Source: a virus. From it: 64,000 nt of DNA. Positions within the stretch are counted from its first letter, which is position 1; each line of letters begins with the position of its first letter. Below are positions 1 to 11,500 of the stretch, piece by piece. The stretch lies in the IMG/VR virus record IMGVR_UViG_3300029425_000240; one strand, written 5' to 3'. The notes under the pieces are model-generated. The model had not been told where the DNA came from. It worked only from the letters and a program-made list of their open reading frames with translations, and did not search any database. Both the position numbers and the translations under genes were made by a program.

Positions 1-316
1 CAGACTCTTCAACTTTCTTTAAAAACTCCCTATTTTCGAGTTTCATGATTTCGTCTTCGTTTTTGCAGGTCTTTACTATTTTCCATTTTGTTTTATTTAT
101 TCTGATTGCCTTTTCTATGGATTCGCAATATTTCGGACTTTTGCCAATAATATAACAATGACATGGGCCAGCATCCTTCCCTTTTAACTCTCGTACGCTA
201 CTCAAACCGGCCGCGTTGTTAAGTATATACATTTTGATGCCAATTCCCTGCATCTTTCCAGGTTCGTATTTGTTTGCTCCTTTCTCAGCAATGATTATGA
301 TTTTTGTTTTTGCCAT
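1..316 (-). CDS. hypothetical protein, C-terminus cut by window edge (N-term MAKTKIIIIAEKGANKYEPGKMQGIG...)
   Basis: Minus-strand frame open to position 1; ATG at 314-316 with AAGGTGAA RBS; absent from ORF track because there is no stop inside the window. Confidence 0.4.
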   Translation of the reverse strand, partial: MAKTKIIIIAEKGANKYEPGKMQGIGIKMYILNNAAGLSSVRELKGKDAGPCHCYIIGKSPKYCESIEKAIRINKTKWKIVKTCKNEDEIMKLENREFLKKVEES

Positions 317-327
317 TTGTATTCACC

Positions 328-615
328 TTAATTATCATCAATATCATCCATATAATCATCAGCATCAATATTGTCACCAGGTGGAACCGTCTGGAATCCA
401 TTTGATACGTTTACATGCCCGCGTATCTGGTCATTTGATAAACGAATACCGTTTGATGTGCTGCCATAAATATAGTTTTTATAATCAGTAGAAACCCCGT
501 TATCTTTAACGGCAAAAGACATAAAAGAAACCACACCAAGCGTTTTACAAAGGTCGTTTAGCTCTTCTGCCTTTTTTTGAATATGCTTTTTAAATACATC
601 CTGTCTGTTGTACAT
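328..615 (-). CDS. hypothetical small acidic protein (95 aa)
   Basis: AAGGAGATGATTAT-ATG RBS; stop abuts RBS of downstream gene; acidic C-terminus IDADDYMDDIDDN; no recognisable domain. Confidence 0.45.
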   Translation of the reverse strand: MYNRQDVFKKHIQKKAEELNDLCKTLGVVSFMSFAVKDNGVSTDYKNYIYGSTSNGIRLSNDQIRGHVNVSNGFQTVPPGDNIDADDYMDDIDDN

Positions 616-627
616 ATAATCATCTCC

Positions 628-1560
628 TTAATATTGTTCTGTCATTTCGTCAAGGAACTCGTCGAAATCATCCTCATCGCTATAGGATTGAACGCTATTC
701 GCTATATTTGGATGTGCGTCAGTGTGTGCGGTTGTCATGGTTTTATTGTTTGACAATTCGAATGAATCTTCTTTTATCTTGTTGTTATTATCTTTGGAGC
801 CAGGCTCAATACTCTTTGCCTTATCATTTATCAGGGCCTTGTGCTCAGTATTTTTTACGATATCTGCTGGTTCTGCTTCATGCTTTTCTGTAGGCAGCTC
901 AACATACCTGGATTCATTATCATCTTTTACATTGTCCCATAAACTCCGTTCATCAGTGTCAACCGTGTCATCTGTTATTCCTTTTTTTTGTTTTTCTTTT
1001 AGTTTAGCTCCTCTGCTTGCTGTTTTTGTCAACTCGCCGACAAAGTCGGACTCGTTACCAGATTCTATTAAAGTTCTCGTCGTCACATCAGGGCTTTTGA
1101 GTTCTGTTTGGGTGCATTTATCTCTTTCTTTTTTTGTCTGTCTTATTTCTTTCTCATCTCTTCCACCCTGAAATTTTCGTGACATTTCATTGAAAAACGA
1201 TGTATCCCCATTGACACAGTACTCTTCAAGAAAAACACCGCAAAGATATTGACGTAGTACGACTTTAATGAAATTGTTTCTGTATCCTGGTGTTATTTTA
1301 TGCAGCAAGGAAATCGCATCAGAGTCTTCCTTTCCATCCAGTACCACATGATAGTGATAATACTTCCGGAAGCTCGTCTTTGGATACTTGGCGAGCCTTT
1401 TATCATTCGTGTGTAATAATTTGACTTTATACACTTCGCCACGGGCATAAGAATTTAGTACTTGCCTGGTTGTTTCAGGAAAGGAAACTTTCCCTGTTTT
1501 ATACAGGCCAACCAGGTCCATGTCATGATAGGAATACAGTTTTACTTCTACCTTCATCAT
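628..1560 (-). CDS. hypothetical protein: folded N-domain plus K/E-rich disordered tail with acidic C-terminus; coupled to parM-like gene (possible segregation adaptor)
   Basis: ATGA overlap with upstream actin-like ATPase gene; C-terminus DEDDFDEFLDEMTEQY; adaptor role is inferred from synteny only. Confidence 0.5.
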   Translation of the reverse strand: MMKVEVKLYSYHDMDLVGLYKTGKVSFPETTRQVLNSYARGEVYKVKLLHTNDKRLAKYPKTSFRKYYHYHVVLDGKEDSDAISLLHKITPGYRNNFIKVVLRQYLCGVFLEEYCVNGDTSFFNEMSRKFQGGRDEKEIRQTKKERDKCTQTELKSPDVTTRTLIESGNESDFVGELTKTASRGAKLKEKQKKGITDDTVDTDERSLWDNVKDDNESRYVELPTEKHEAEPADIVKNTEHKALINDKAKSIEPGSKDNNNKIKEDSFELSNNKTMTTAHTDAHPNIANSVQSYSDEDDFDEFLDEMTEQY

Positions 1561-2717
1561 TCACTTTTACCTGTCCTCTCTTTTCTCAATCGTCTATAAG
1601 CGGACATATAATATCCCCTTGCGTTTGCGTAATAAATTGGAAGCTCGTTTCCATCGTTTCCAGGAATAATCTTCAAATCTTCCAATCCTGATAACGTCTC
1701 CCTGAAATATTGAATCCATGCTGCACCGGTTCCACCAGTCACAACAAGTACATCGTAATCGGTGAAATATTCTGCCATTTCATACAGTTTCTTCGCCGCC
1801 TGCGTTGCCACTTCCTTGCACGCCTTTTCAATGTATCCGTCCAACGGGATTTTTTTACTGGTCATCTGCCGGATATCAACCACCTTGAAATATCCGTCTT
1901 TCATGTATTTCCTCATTTGTGGAATACGGATATCCATCTGATAATCTTTAAAAATATACTCAGCCGCCGTCTCCAATACTCGTTTCATTCCGAGATTGTT
2001 GATAGATTCCTCCAAAACCTTCTTCCTATTGATGATTCCGTATGGGTCAAACGTGCCAAATCCAATATCAGCGATGATGATATTTTCTGCCATCAATTCT
2101 TTAGCTTCATCTCGTCGTTCTCCTTCATCATTGAACAGAATGGAATTTAAGGTTCCGGCTGGCTGAGACATGACGCTCACATCACTATTTCTTAAATTGT
2201 TTTCAAAACGAATCCATCTACCAGTACCGATTTTTACCTCATAAACACCCTGTGCTGTGAATGCGCTTTTGATTTTCGGCGCATCTGCTTTCAGGTATGC
2301 GGCTGGAAGTCCAGTTTGGATAAATGGCTTAATCTGTGGCCCTCCCTCTCTTACTTCATTGCTCATCAATCCGATAGCTACAGCCGTCCTGGCAAGAATG
2401 ATGAATTCCTTTGTAAAATATCGGTTTCTGTCAAACGTAGAACCTGTATCGTTAGTATCATCGGCTCGGACAAGGTCCTGTGCTTTTGTTCCAATCATAT
2501 ACAGGCCTTCTTCATCCCTATAATAGATATCCTCTTCATCTACCGACATCAGATTGCTTTCAATCTGTTTAACATAAGACGGAAAGCAAAACCTTTTATT
2601 CGGAGACATTCCCTTTACTCCTGAAAAACCAATATCGACAGCAATGACCCAGTGTGACACCATTGGGTTTTTACATGCAATAATTTCCTGTGCTGTATTA
2701 AATGCTTTTAAATCCAT
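1557..2717 (-). CDS. parM: actin-like ATPase, ParM/StbA (Alp) plasmid-segregation family
   Basis: Actin-fold phosphate-1 motif AVDIGFSGVKG near N-terminus and VVTGGTGAAW motif near C-terminus; GAGGAGG RBS; 386 aa. Confidence 0.7.
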   Translation of the reverse strand: MDLKAFNTAQEIIACKNPMVSHWVIAVDIGFSGVKGMSPNKRFCFPSYVKQIESNLMSVDEEDIYYRDEEGLYMIGTKAQDLVRADDTNDTGSTFDRNRYFTKEFIILARTAVAIGLMSNEVREGGPQIKPFIQTGLPAAYLKADAPKIKSAFTAQGVYEVKIGTGRWIRFENNLRNSDVSVMSQPAGTLNSILFNDEGERRDEAKELMAENIIIADIGFGTFDPYGIINRKKVLEESINNLGMKRVLETAAEYIFKDYQMDIRIPQMRKYMKDGYFKVVDIRQMTSKKIPLDGYIEKACKEVATQAAKKLYEMAEYFTDYDVLVVTGGTGAAWIQYFRETLSGLEDLKIIPGNDGNELPIYYANARGYYMSAYRRLRKERTGKSE

Positions 2718-2790
2718 TTTTATCCTCCTCTTTTTTCTGCAGTTGTAATTTCAAAACTAAGCAATATATGCTGTGCATTTCCTGTTCTCT

Positions 2791-2806
2791 TTTAATATGC
2801 AGAAAA
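2791..2806 (-). promoter_or_regulatory. conserved upstream box (coding-strand TTCTGCATATTAAA), parM operon
   Basis: Family consensus TT(T/C)nGCATATTnnA; 77 nt upstream of ATG 2717, just after terminator 2843-2888. Confidence 0.5.
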
Positions 2807-2842
2807 AATTGCAGAGTGTTATATGATTTATTTTTTTTTATA

Positions 2843-2888
2843 CAAAAAAAAGAGAGCCGTATATTTTTGGCTCTCTTTTCCTTTTTTT
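2843..2888 (-). terminator. rho-independent terminator (bidirectional hairpin AAGAGAGCC..GGCTCTCTT)
   Basis: 9-bp stem, A-run before and T-run after; ends the giant-protein operon after 2887-3636. Confidence 0.6.
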
Positions 2889-3636
2889 AGAATTGTTTTT
2901 TATAAATAGAATATGTAACAAGTGCAATGCCTACTGCTAATAATACCATAAACACAAGTTTTATGCGGTTTGCAAGAGAACTTGGTTTTTCGTCTTCCTT
3001 CTCTGCTTGCTCCTCTTCTGGCGTTACTATGATTGTATTATCGTCTTTAGACGTACTCATATCGGAAGATGCATTACTATCTGTACTTGCATCCGATGAT
3101 TGTTCGCTGTTCGTACTGTCTGAAACATTTTCAGAGTCTTCTGTCTGACTGTCTTTACTATTTTTTTCAGAAAGTGCCTGTTTCTGGTCATATGTCAAAT
3201 ATGGATTGTCTTCTTCTTTCATTTCTCCATCTTTGATTCTTTGTTGTACAATTTCTTTTGCATTTTTATCCAACGCTTTCATGTTATCGCCAGTCATATT
3301 GTCAATAAAATCCTGAGCCGCTGGTGTCCAGTCGTAATCAGAATCCATATATCCCATGTTATACATTCGCTTGCAGTATTCTTCATACTCGTAAGATGAT
3401 TGAAATAATGATTTTGGACGATAAAAAGACTGCGTATACTCTTCGTCTTTCGTGTAATCATAATCACCATTCGTCGCACTTGTATCTTCTTCTCCATTAT
3501 CATCTGTAAACGTCGTAGAGTCTTCTTGTTCCGCAGCAAATGCTGGTACTACCAATGCTGACGCTACTATAGTAGAAAACATGAAAGAAACTATGATTGT
3601 TCCGGTTATTAACACTGTCATGTATTTTTTTTTCAT
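2887..3636 (-). CDS. secreted acidic Ser/Asp-rich protein with C-terminal TM anchor
   Basis: N-terminal signal peptide (MKKKYMTVLITGTIIVSFMF...AFA), low-complexity D/E/S-rich middle, C-terminal hydrophobic stretch plus KKQF; GGAGG RBS 8 nt before ATG. Confidence 0.55.
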   Translation of the reverse strand: MKKKYMTVLITGTIIVSFMFSTIVASALVVPAFAAEQEDSTTFTDDNGEEDTSATNGDYDYTKDEEYTQSFYRPKSLFQSSYEYEEYCKRMYNMGYMDSDYDWTPAAQDFIDNMTGDNMKALDKNAKEIVQQRIKDGEMKEEDNPYLTYDQKQALSEKNSKDSQTEDSENVSDSTNSEQSSDASTDSNASSDMSTSKDDNTIIVTPEEEQAEKEDEKPSSLANRIKLVFMVLLAVGIALVTYSIYKKQF

Positions 3637-3656
3637 TTTTTTACCTCCATCAAGAA

Positions 3657-5432
3657 TTACAACCCAGGATATCTTCCGAAATGAGCAAATCCTGAATAGT
3701 TATTTATTTTAATAGCTTTTCCTGGCGCATGGTATATTCCGTCTGTATATCCTCCAGTACAATGAAGCCAATATTTTGTACCATTTACAGTTCCTATATA
3801 AATTCCCACATGGTCTTCCCCGCCAGCATTGCCGGGCCAATGCTTTTGTCCGACATCTCCTGGTATAAGTTGACTTTCTGATATCTCTGTAAACGTGCTT
3901 GAAATTGATGGAGTTGCCCAATCCGCAGCCGACTGCCCTTCTTTAGCTGCTACTCCAGACCTCCAATAGCACTGACCTACAAATGATGAGCAATCAAGAT
4001 ATTTGGGACTTTCATATGACGGTGAGTTCCTTGCGTTCATATCATACGTCACGCCATACAGCATAACTCCCTGCTGTATAATCTCACGCCTTTCTTTTGT
4101 CACTTTACTATCCCATGTCGCCATACACTTTTTCAGTATCTCTTTCATATCATCCGGCAATTGTCCCATGTCCAGGTTTCCAGAACCACCGCCAGAGCAT
4201 TTATAATTTTCAAATACCTTTTGATAAAACTTCTGGTCCGAATATTTATATTTGCCATTTTCATCATCAGCATTAGCTCTTTCTTCACCATGGGCGATTA
4301 CTTTTGCATAAGCCTCAATGATAGAGTCATAATCCACCTCTTCTTTTTCTGCGGATTGGTTTTTACTACTTGACGCCTTGTTGTTACAATAGTCCGTAAA
4401 TGTAACAAACCCGGTTTCTTCATCAAGTTTTAGTGGCGACCTATTATATTGATTTTTTATTGCTTTAGAACTTCCACCAAATTCAAATCCCTGGACAACA
4501 CATATCAATGAATCAGTATTATAAGGTGATGGATAGACTGCTTCTTCCACTATATTCGCAAAGGCCTTTGCCGCGGCATCTATGGATTCCTGCACTGTGT
4601 ATTTTCCAGCCTCTTTTTTCTTATTTGCTAGGTTTAGCCTTTCATCTTCTCCATATTCGTCTTTCGGCGAGACATTTGCTTTGCTGCTTACCGGAGTAAC
4701 GTCTCCGTTGCTTGTATCTGCCAGCCATGAACCATTGATATGAAATAAATCAAACTTATCGCTGCCCTCTCCTTTTATATCTTTTTTCATGGCTTCATAC
4801 TCATCTTTATGCTCATTAAACCTTGCTTGCGCAATTGCCTTAAATATCTCCTTATACGTTTTAAAACCATTATCTTCCGCCGCTTTGTCCATCAGGTCTT
4901 CATACTTTGCAACCTCATCAGACAAAACCGCTTCGCAGCTATTACTCAGCTCAACTGTTTCATACATTCCTTCAAATTCATTCCAATTCGTAGAAGAGTA
5001 AAAATCTTTCATTTCTGATTCTGTATCTTCATTTTTCCAAAATATTGGCGTTTTTGTTCCATCAGTATTTAAATCAGATATATTATAAATCCCCTCCGCC
5101 AAAGCGAACGGCATGCCTCCGACGGTTAATCCCGCCCATTCGTATGCTTTATAATGAAACGTAGATAATCCTTTCATTATTTTTTCCAATGCTTTTTTTT
5201 CTTTTTTTGGCATTGTCGTTGGTGTTGGGGTCGCTTTTTTTTGCCCGGATTTATTTGCTTTTGATTTGACGGTTGAAGTTCCTGTAGTAGAGGCCACAGC
5301 CGCATAAACCGGTACGCGAGACGCGGCAATACTTGTGAGTATAAGTGCTAAAACAAGGATTATGGCCACGACTCCCGCAATTAAGCGTTCTCTATGTTTA
5401 TTTTGTTTTTGTTTTTTTCTCAATTTTATCAT
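3657..5432 (-). CDS. membrane-anchored NlpC/P60-family cell-wall peptidase
   Basis: C-terminal ~120 aa has the NlpC/P60 Cys...His...His arrangement (YLDCSSFVGQCYW ... HVGIYIG ... HCTGG); N-terminal TM anchor; start re-assigned to ATG at 5432 (track starts at 5480 upstream of the GGTAGGAGG RBS). Confidence 0.7.
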   Translation of the reverse strand: MIKLRKKQKQNKHRERLIAGVVAIILVLALILTSIAASRVPVYAAVASTTGTSTVKSKANKSGQKKATPTPTTMPKKEKKALEKIMKGLSTFHYKAYEWAGLTVGGMPFALAEGIYNISDLNTDGTKTPIFWKNEDTESEMKDFYSSTNWNEFEGMYETVELSNSCEAVLSDEVAKYEDLMDKAAEDNGFKTYKEIFKAIAQARFNEHKDEYEAMKKDIKGEGSDKFDLFHINGSWLADTSNGDVTPVSSKANVSPKDEYGEDERLNLANKKKEAGKYTVQESIDAAAKAFANIVEEAVYPSPYNTDSLICVVQGFEFGGSSKAIKNQYNRSPLKLDEETGFVTFTDYCNNKASSSKNQSAEKEEVDYDSIIEAYAKVIAHGEERANADDENGKYKYSDQKFYQKVFENYKCSGGGSGNLDMGQLPDDMKEILKKCMATWDSKVTKERREIIQQGVMLYGVTYDMNARNSPSYESPKYLDCSSFVGQCYWRSGVAAKEGQSAADWATPSISSTFTEISESQLIPGDVGQKHWPGNAGGEDHVGIYIGTVNGTKYWLHCTGGYTDGIYHAPGKAIKINNYSGFAHFGRYPGL

Positions 5433-5534
5433 CCTCCTACCGCTTACAAACACAGCTTGCGGTTTCCTTGCCTGACGCAATGACGGGCGGAGTACTCCGC
5501 CCGTACCACAATCACGCGTCGAACATACACAATA

Positions 5535-8500
5535 TTACGACTGTAGCATTGCCTGAATAGTAGCGATATCTGAATCCATCTCGGCTAAACGCTGTGCTTT
5601 ATATTGTGCACCAGGCCTTTCGTAATTCGTAATAAAGAATTCGCCTGCTTCTCTTGCAGTCGTACATGCATAGAATCCTTCTACTCCGCTCGGGGACCAA
5701 TCACTCGTATCTTCCGTAAATTCGCATTCCAAACGTTTTAGCTGGCCTTCAAGCGTATTGTACTGATATCCATTTGCATTACACCATTGAACAAGTTTTG
5801 TTCTGCGTCCAAACGACCATTGAGTTAAGCCATATCCAGTACCGCCAGTTTCTTCTTCTGTATAATTGAATGAGCACTCTCTATAGATATTTACCAATAC
5901 TCCCATTGCCTGTTCAGAGGTTAATTTTCTCGACATTTTTGTTGTCAGGAATTCATATACTTCTTTAGCAACTTTTGCTTGGTCTCCATCCCACGTTCCA
6001 GGATTGAAACTGTCTGTGGTAGAATTTTCTCCTTCTGAGCATGTTCCACTCAGACTCTTATAATAATCCGGCTTTTTAATATACTGGATTGTTCGTTTTA
6101 GCGTATTCTCTTTAGCTCTATATGTATCTGCACTTGCGTCACTGCTTTCATAGTTAGGGTTTTCCTTATCAAAATCATCTACTCCATAGATGTTTTTCTC
6201 CCACCAGTCATCAAGATTTAACAGACTATCAAAATGCAGGGTAATAACTGCTCCACTGTACTTTGTATGGCCCGGACACGGTGCATACTTTGTTTCATAA
6301 ACGATGTTTCCATCCGAGTCCGTTTTATATCCGGTGTAGTATTCGATTTGGATATCTCCGTGCTCGTTTCTGACTTGTCTTGTCTTCGTTTCCATAACCG
6401 GTACTTGATAAGACATACCATCGGTATTATTTTGACCAACAATCCTTCCATCATCGTTATATACTGGATTGATTGTTCCGTCTGGGCCTGCATGGTACTG
6501 CTTAACGGCTGTTCCCGTGATAATATGTGAAGCATTAAAAAGACCAATCAAAGCCGAATATCTCAAATCATCATAGCCGCCTGCTTTGTAATTTGTCAGG
6601 TCTAAGCCTTTTTCATTCAGGTATTCTATCAGCTTCCATTTATCATCAACTTCTTTATCCGTCATACCTTTTTGATATGTGTCGTTTGTTTTTGCCTCGT
6701 CAAAGCCGGAAGCATCTTTTTTGCTAATGATTGTGCTTTTTGTTGAAGTACTAGAACTTGCCTCAAAATCAAACATAGCCATTACCATAGAAATCAGCTC
6801 TTGATTATTATTATAGAATCCATACACTTCACCTTTTGCATCTGCTTTTACATATCCTTCCGGAGTAGGTGTTGGGGTAATACCATCTGGTACTTTTTGC
6901 TCTTCCGGAAAAGTGTAGTATATGTTTTTATCTCTGTTTAAAATGTCGCGATAAACATCCTGGTCTATTTCCTGACGATACAGGATATCGGCATTTACGC
7001 TTACCGACGAAGCAGCTGAACCAGTTCCTATCGTTGATGAATCAAATGTTCCATCCAAAATACTTCCCATATTTGTTGCAGTAGTAGGAATCAATCCATT
7101 TCCATTCAATCCTGCAGGTTTAGAGCCATAACCAATAAATTCTGCAAAATCTCGGTGGCTTCCTAAGTGATGTCCATATATTCCTTCTTGCTCTGCTGGA
7201 TAACCAGTATCTTTCCAAGCCTTTTCATCCGCAATAATAATGTACATAGTATTGGATGCTGGTTGGCTGCCTATTGTGAACTCGTTATTAAATTCCACTT
7301 TAAGGACATCTCCTACTTTTCCCCAATACGAGCCAAAAGCCGCCATATACATCTTTGTTCCGTTCTGGTCGACGACAGCGTAATTTCCATTGCCTTCAAC
7401 TGTTACCTTGTTATCCAACGCCTGTTGCCGTGTTCCGGAAGCCCAATTACCATGAATATATTGGTATGTAAACTCATAATTCCACCAGGTCCCCTCAGTC
7501 ACATCATATAACCCCTGAACCTTAGAACTATCACCCTTTTGTAGCTGTGGTGCATTCATCGTTGAGCCATCTGTACCAGACGCCGAGCCTGTGCTTGACG
7601 TTCCACCAAAATGATTCGATAATTCACTTCTGAACGAATTGTGGCACAAGGTTAAGACGTCAACCATTTCTTGTAAAACTTCAGTAGTGTCTTCATCGCC
7701 TGCATCATAATAGACTTCATTTCCTGCGTTCTTCACATATGAAATAATGCAAAGGATGATTGCCAATACAATAATCAATGCTATGATTATAGGTCCTAAT
7801 GCTGCTACTAATGCTGAAATCAATGTCTGTATCAACTTTATCGCAGCCTGGATTGCTTTAATCGCGGCCTTTTGCGCTACTTTGGCGACTTTTAAAACGC
7901 CTTTTCTGACAACTTTCGTGCCTTTCATCCGTAATTTTTTTACACCTTTTTTTAGCGTTTTTTTAAGTCCGTTTTTCCTAAGATACTGGAAACCTTTTCT
8001 CGCCGCTCTTCCGCCCATATGAACTGCATGAATACCTGCTTTTGCACCTCTATATCCTGCGACCGCAGCATTTCCTATTGACTTTCCAAGCCTGATTGAG
8101 GAATTTAGCAACCTTCCAGCGTTCTCTCTCATCCATTTTATTTTTCTTGATGTGCGATACGCTTTCATAGCAGAGCCAACAATGATTGACTCCATCATGA
8201 GGAGTCCTCGCATCGTATAATCATCGCCCATATATCTATTAGCCAATGATTTTATTTTTCGGTATCCATTTTTAACCGCTTTGACAGCACCTTTGGCATA
8301 TGCCGTTAATGTTGTTTCTGTCAAATTAAGCAAAAACATCCTTCTTTGCAGTTTAAATACATTTCTTATCAACTCTTTCGTTTCTTTTGAAGTTGTTCCT
8401 GCTTTTAATAATTTTTTTAGCGCCTTTTTATCTGACGGAAGTCCCCTTGCCTGAAGCACATATGGCAGCGCGGCAGCATAAAACGCTCTTTCTACTTTGA

Positions 8501-11500
8501 AATCGCCTATGCTCTGGTCCCCGAGCACACCTTTTCGTATAATTTTTTCTCTTGTATTTTCATATACATTCAGATAATCCGTTATTGCACTTGCTGCTTC
8601 TGGAGACAATCCGCCGCCAGCCAGAAGTTCTTTTAATGTATCTGTATTCTCAGTAAGACCAAGGTGCTTAAGTTTTGCCTTTGCGTCAAACAGATATTGA
8701 CGTTCAATATCGCTCAAATAGCGTGTTTCCAAAAACACATTCATTTGATAAAACTGTTTGCTGTTTCCACTGATTGATGTCAATATTTTATCGTAATTTG
8801 CAACCAGCGTATTTAGGTCTAATTTCAAATCAATCGACTTCATATTAGCTGCTGCGCCTGCAAGCAGCTGTGCTCGAAAGACTGAATGCATTGCCATTTT
8901 TTGTTTAAAAATAAGCTGAGAGACTTTGCCTTTGTTTAATGCTTTCTGGTACAAAAGTCCACTATACGATTCTGTTACTTTGTTTGATATAAACTTATCT
9001 CCAACTTTCACAAAATCTGCGTCTGTAATAGGCTGGTTTAATGCTGGGGCTATTGTCATCGCCATTGTCATTTGTTTTGCATTGACCTTAACATCTCTTT
9101 TAATATGGAATTCCAGGCCAGCCAACGTTTTGGTCGTTCCTATGCTTCCATCCGTACTTATATCAAGGACAGTGCCTGTAGCCGTATAAATCTTGCCGCC
9201 ATATACAGCCGCGTTTTTCCAACCAACAAAAGCTCTGTCTTTGTCTACTGAATATACGTTCAATACAATTCCATCTATTCTGATAGTCCCGTCAGAACGG
9301 ACTGTGTATCTTTTTGATTTTCCATTTCTGGATATAGTTACCTGATTTCCTTCTTTTAGGACAAACATTCCAACGTCTGTGAAATTTGAGTTCTTTACGA
9401 CGCCTGGAATTCCCAGTGTATGTATAGACGGTCTCGTTATATTAAAATTCTGTGTTGCGCCAGATGAGGTTGGTCCCACTGGGCCAGATGTAACGCCTGG
9501 AACGTTCAATCCGGAACGAGTCCCCGCTGCTATCTCTCTCGCATTCGCAAGAGCCTGCTCTACATTTATCTTTATCGTTTCTACATCAGCCTGACCTGCC
9601 AAAGCATAGGAATCGGCGATTTGTTTTCCGCTTATCTGCGTTGCTGCCTGCGCACTGTTCACTGCACTGGCATATGCAGCAAGTTCGCTGGCCGACATGA
9701 TTGATGCATCTTTCAGCATCACCATACCTTCCGCTTTGTCCGTAGCAGTCTTTGCGGCATCAGAGGTGGCCTTTGCAGCTTCTCTTGCCGCTAACGCGGC
9801 TGCTACTGCAGTTACAGCTGCAGCTCCGGACACAGTACCTCGTACAGTATGTGTCTGACCTGAGCCTGACGGTACTGTGATTTCAATAACTTTCGTTTCG
9901 TCCTTTTTTTTGATAGATTGAAGGCCATTTTTACTTTCACTCGCAACCGAAGAACCTCTCTTTTGTGGATACACCACATCAGTTTTATCAGACTTTAAGA
10001 CACGGTTTTCGGTGACTTTTCTGTCAGCCTGTCCATCCTTTCTGCCAACGTAGCTATAGGTCTCTCCTGGACCGTATGGTTCTTTCCTCTTCTCATCTAC
10101 TGGAGCCTGTCCCGAAGATTCATATGAATCCCTGCTATATGTCTGCTTTCGTTCATTGATGCCGCCAGACGCCCTATCCGCATCTTGATTTTCTTGATTA
10201 GCAGCCCTATTCCTGAGAACCTCTTCAATAGCACTCGCTCCAGGCTTTTCATCCCGATGGTTTCCTACATCTTGCCGCTGGTCATGCGTCATTGTTTTTG
10301 CTTCGGAAGGCTGGTGACTGTCCCCATCTAATCCTGGATATTGATTCGAGGCAGTATGTGAAGCTGGCATCTGAGAGATTGGTCTTCGGACAATGTTATC
10401 GGCCTGGAACCTTTCACTTTTAGATAAATCATCTACTGCAGATTGACGCCTAGATGTCACCTCTGATGCACTATGTTCTCTTGTACTACTCTTTTCATAT
10501 TTTCTTTCTACTTCTCCAATTCCGTCAGAGAATGGTGGCTGCACACTTCCTGTATGCTTATCCGCAAGCCCCTGTCTTTCCAGATTTTCATAACCACGGT
10601 CTTTATGCTCGGCTTCTCTCTGTCCAGCCATTTCATATGAACTGCTTACATATCTTTTTGCATTTTCTGAAGCCGGTTCAGCAGACGGACGTTTATCTGC
10701 GCCAAAGTTTAAGACAGAGTGTGAATCTCCATTTTCTTTTCTTGCGATGCTGTCCGTACTATTCGCTGTGGCATCATAGGCTCTTCTTTCATTCCGTGCT
10801 ACGAATGTCGAAGATTGGTCTTCATTCTTAGTAGCATCATATGCCTTGGGTTTAAACGATGCGTACGTATCCTCACCGGTATCCTTGTGAGATTGAATAT
10901 CAGCAGATTCCCGTTGCCCAGCCTGCTCATATGAATCATTAATGTATTTTTTACTTTCTGATGCTTCTCTTTTATATTGTGCGGTTCCATTTGACGCGTT
11001 TCCTGAGTCTGGATTGCTGATGGCATTCCCGTCATATACTGATTCCTTTTCATGCTGAGGAATGCTGCTCGCTTTATACGGTTCGCTGCTATTCGGCTTA
11101 TCGAATCCCTGTGTGCTTCTATAACCTTCTGTATCATGCTCTCTGCGTTTTTCTACAATAGAGCCATCTGACTCCGCGTGTTTGTTTATACCGGCATCCT
11201 TCTTGTATATAAAACCTTCGTTATATTCACTGCCTTGATTTGGTCCAACCCTTTCAGTATTGCGATTTGTGTGGTTATTCTCAGCTTCATATAAACGGTT
11301 TTCCTTATCAGTACCACCATAACCTCCGTCATATTGATGGCGCTTATAAGTTTCACCAGTATCTCTTTGTCCAGACTTCTCATACGAATCAGATATATAT
11401 TTGTTTTCCGATTCAGTCCTTCTTGTATTATCTACTGCCGCTTCTGAGCCTGCCTCTGAATGATATTGAGACGTATCCTCAGCCTTCTTTCGGTCAAGTA

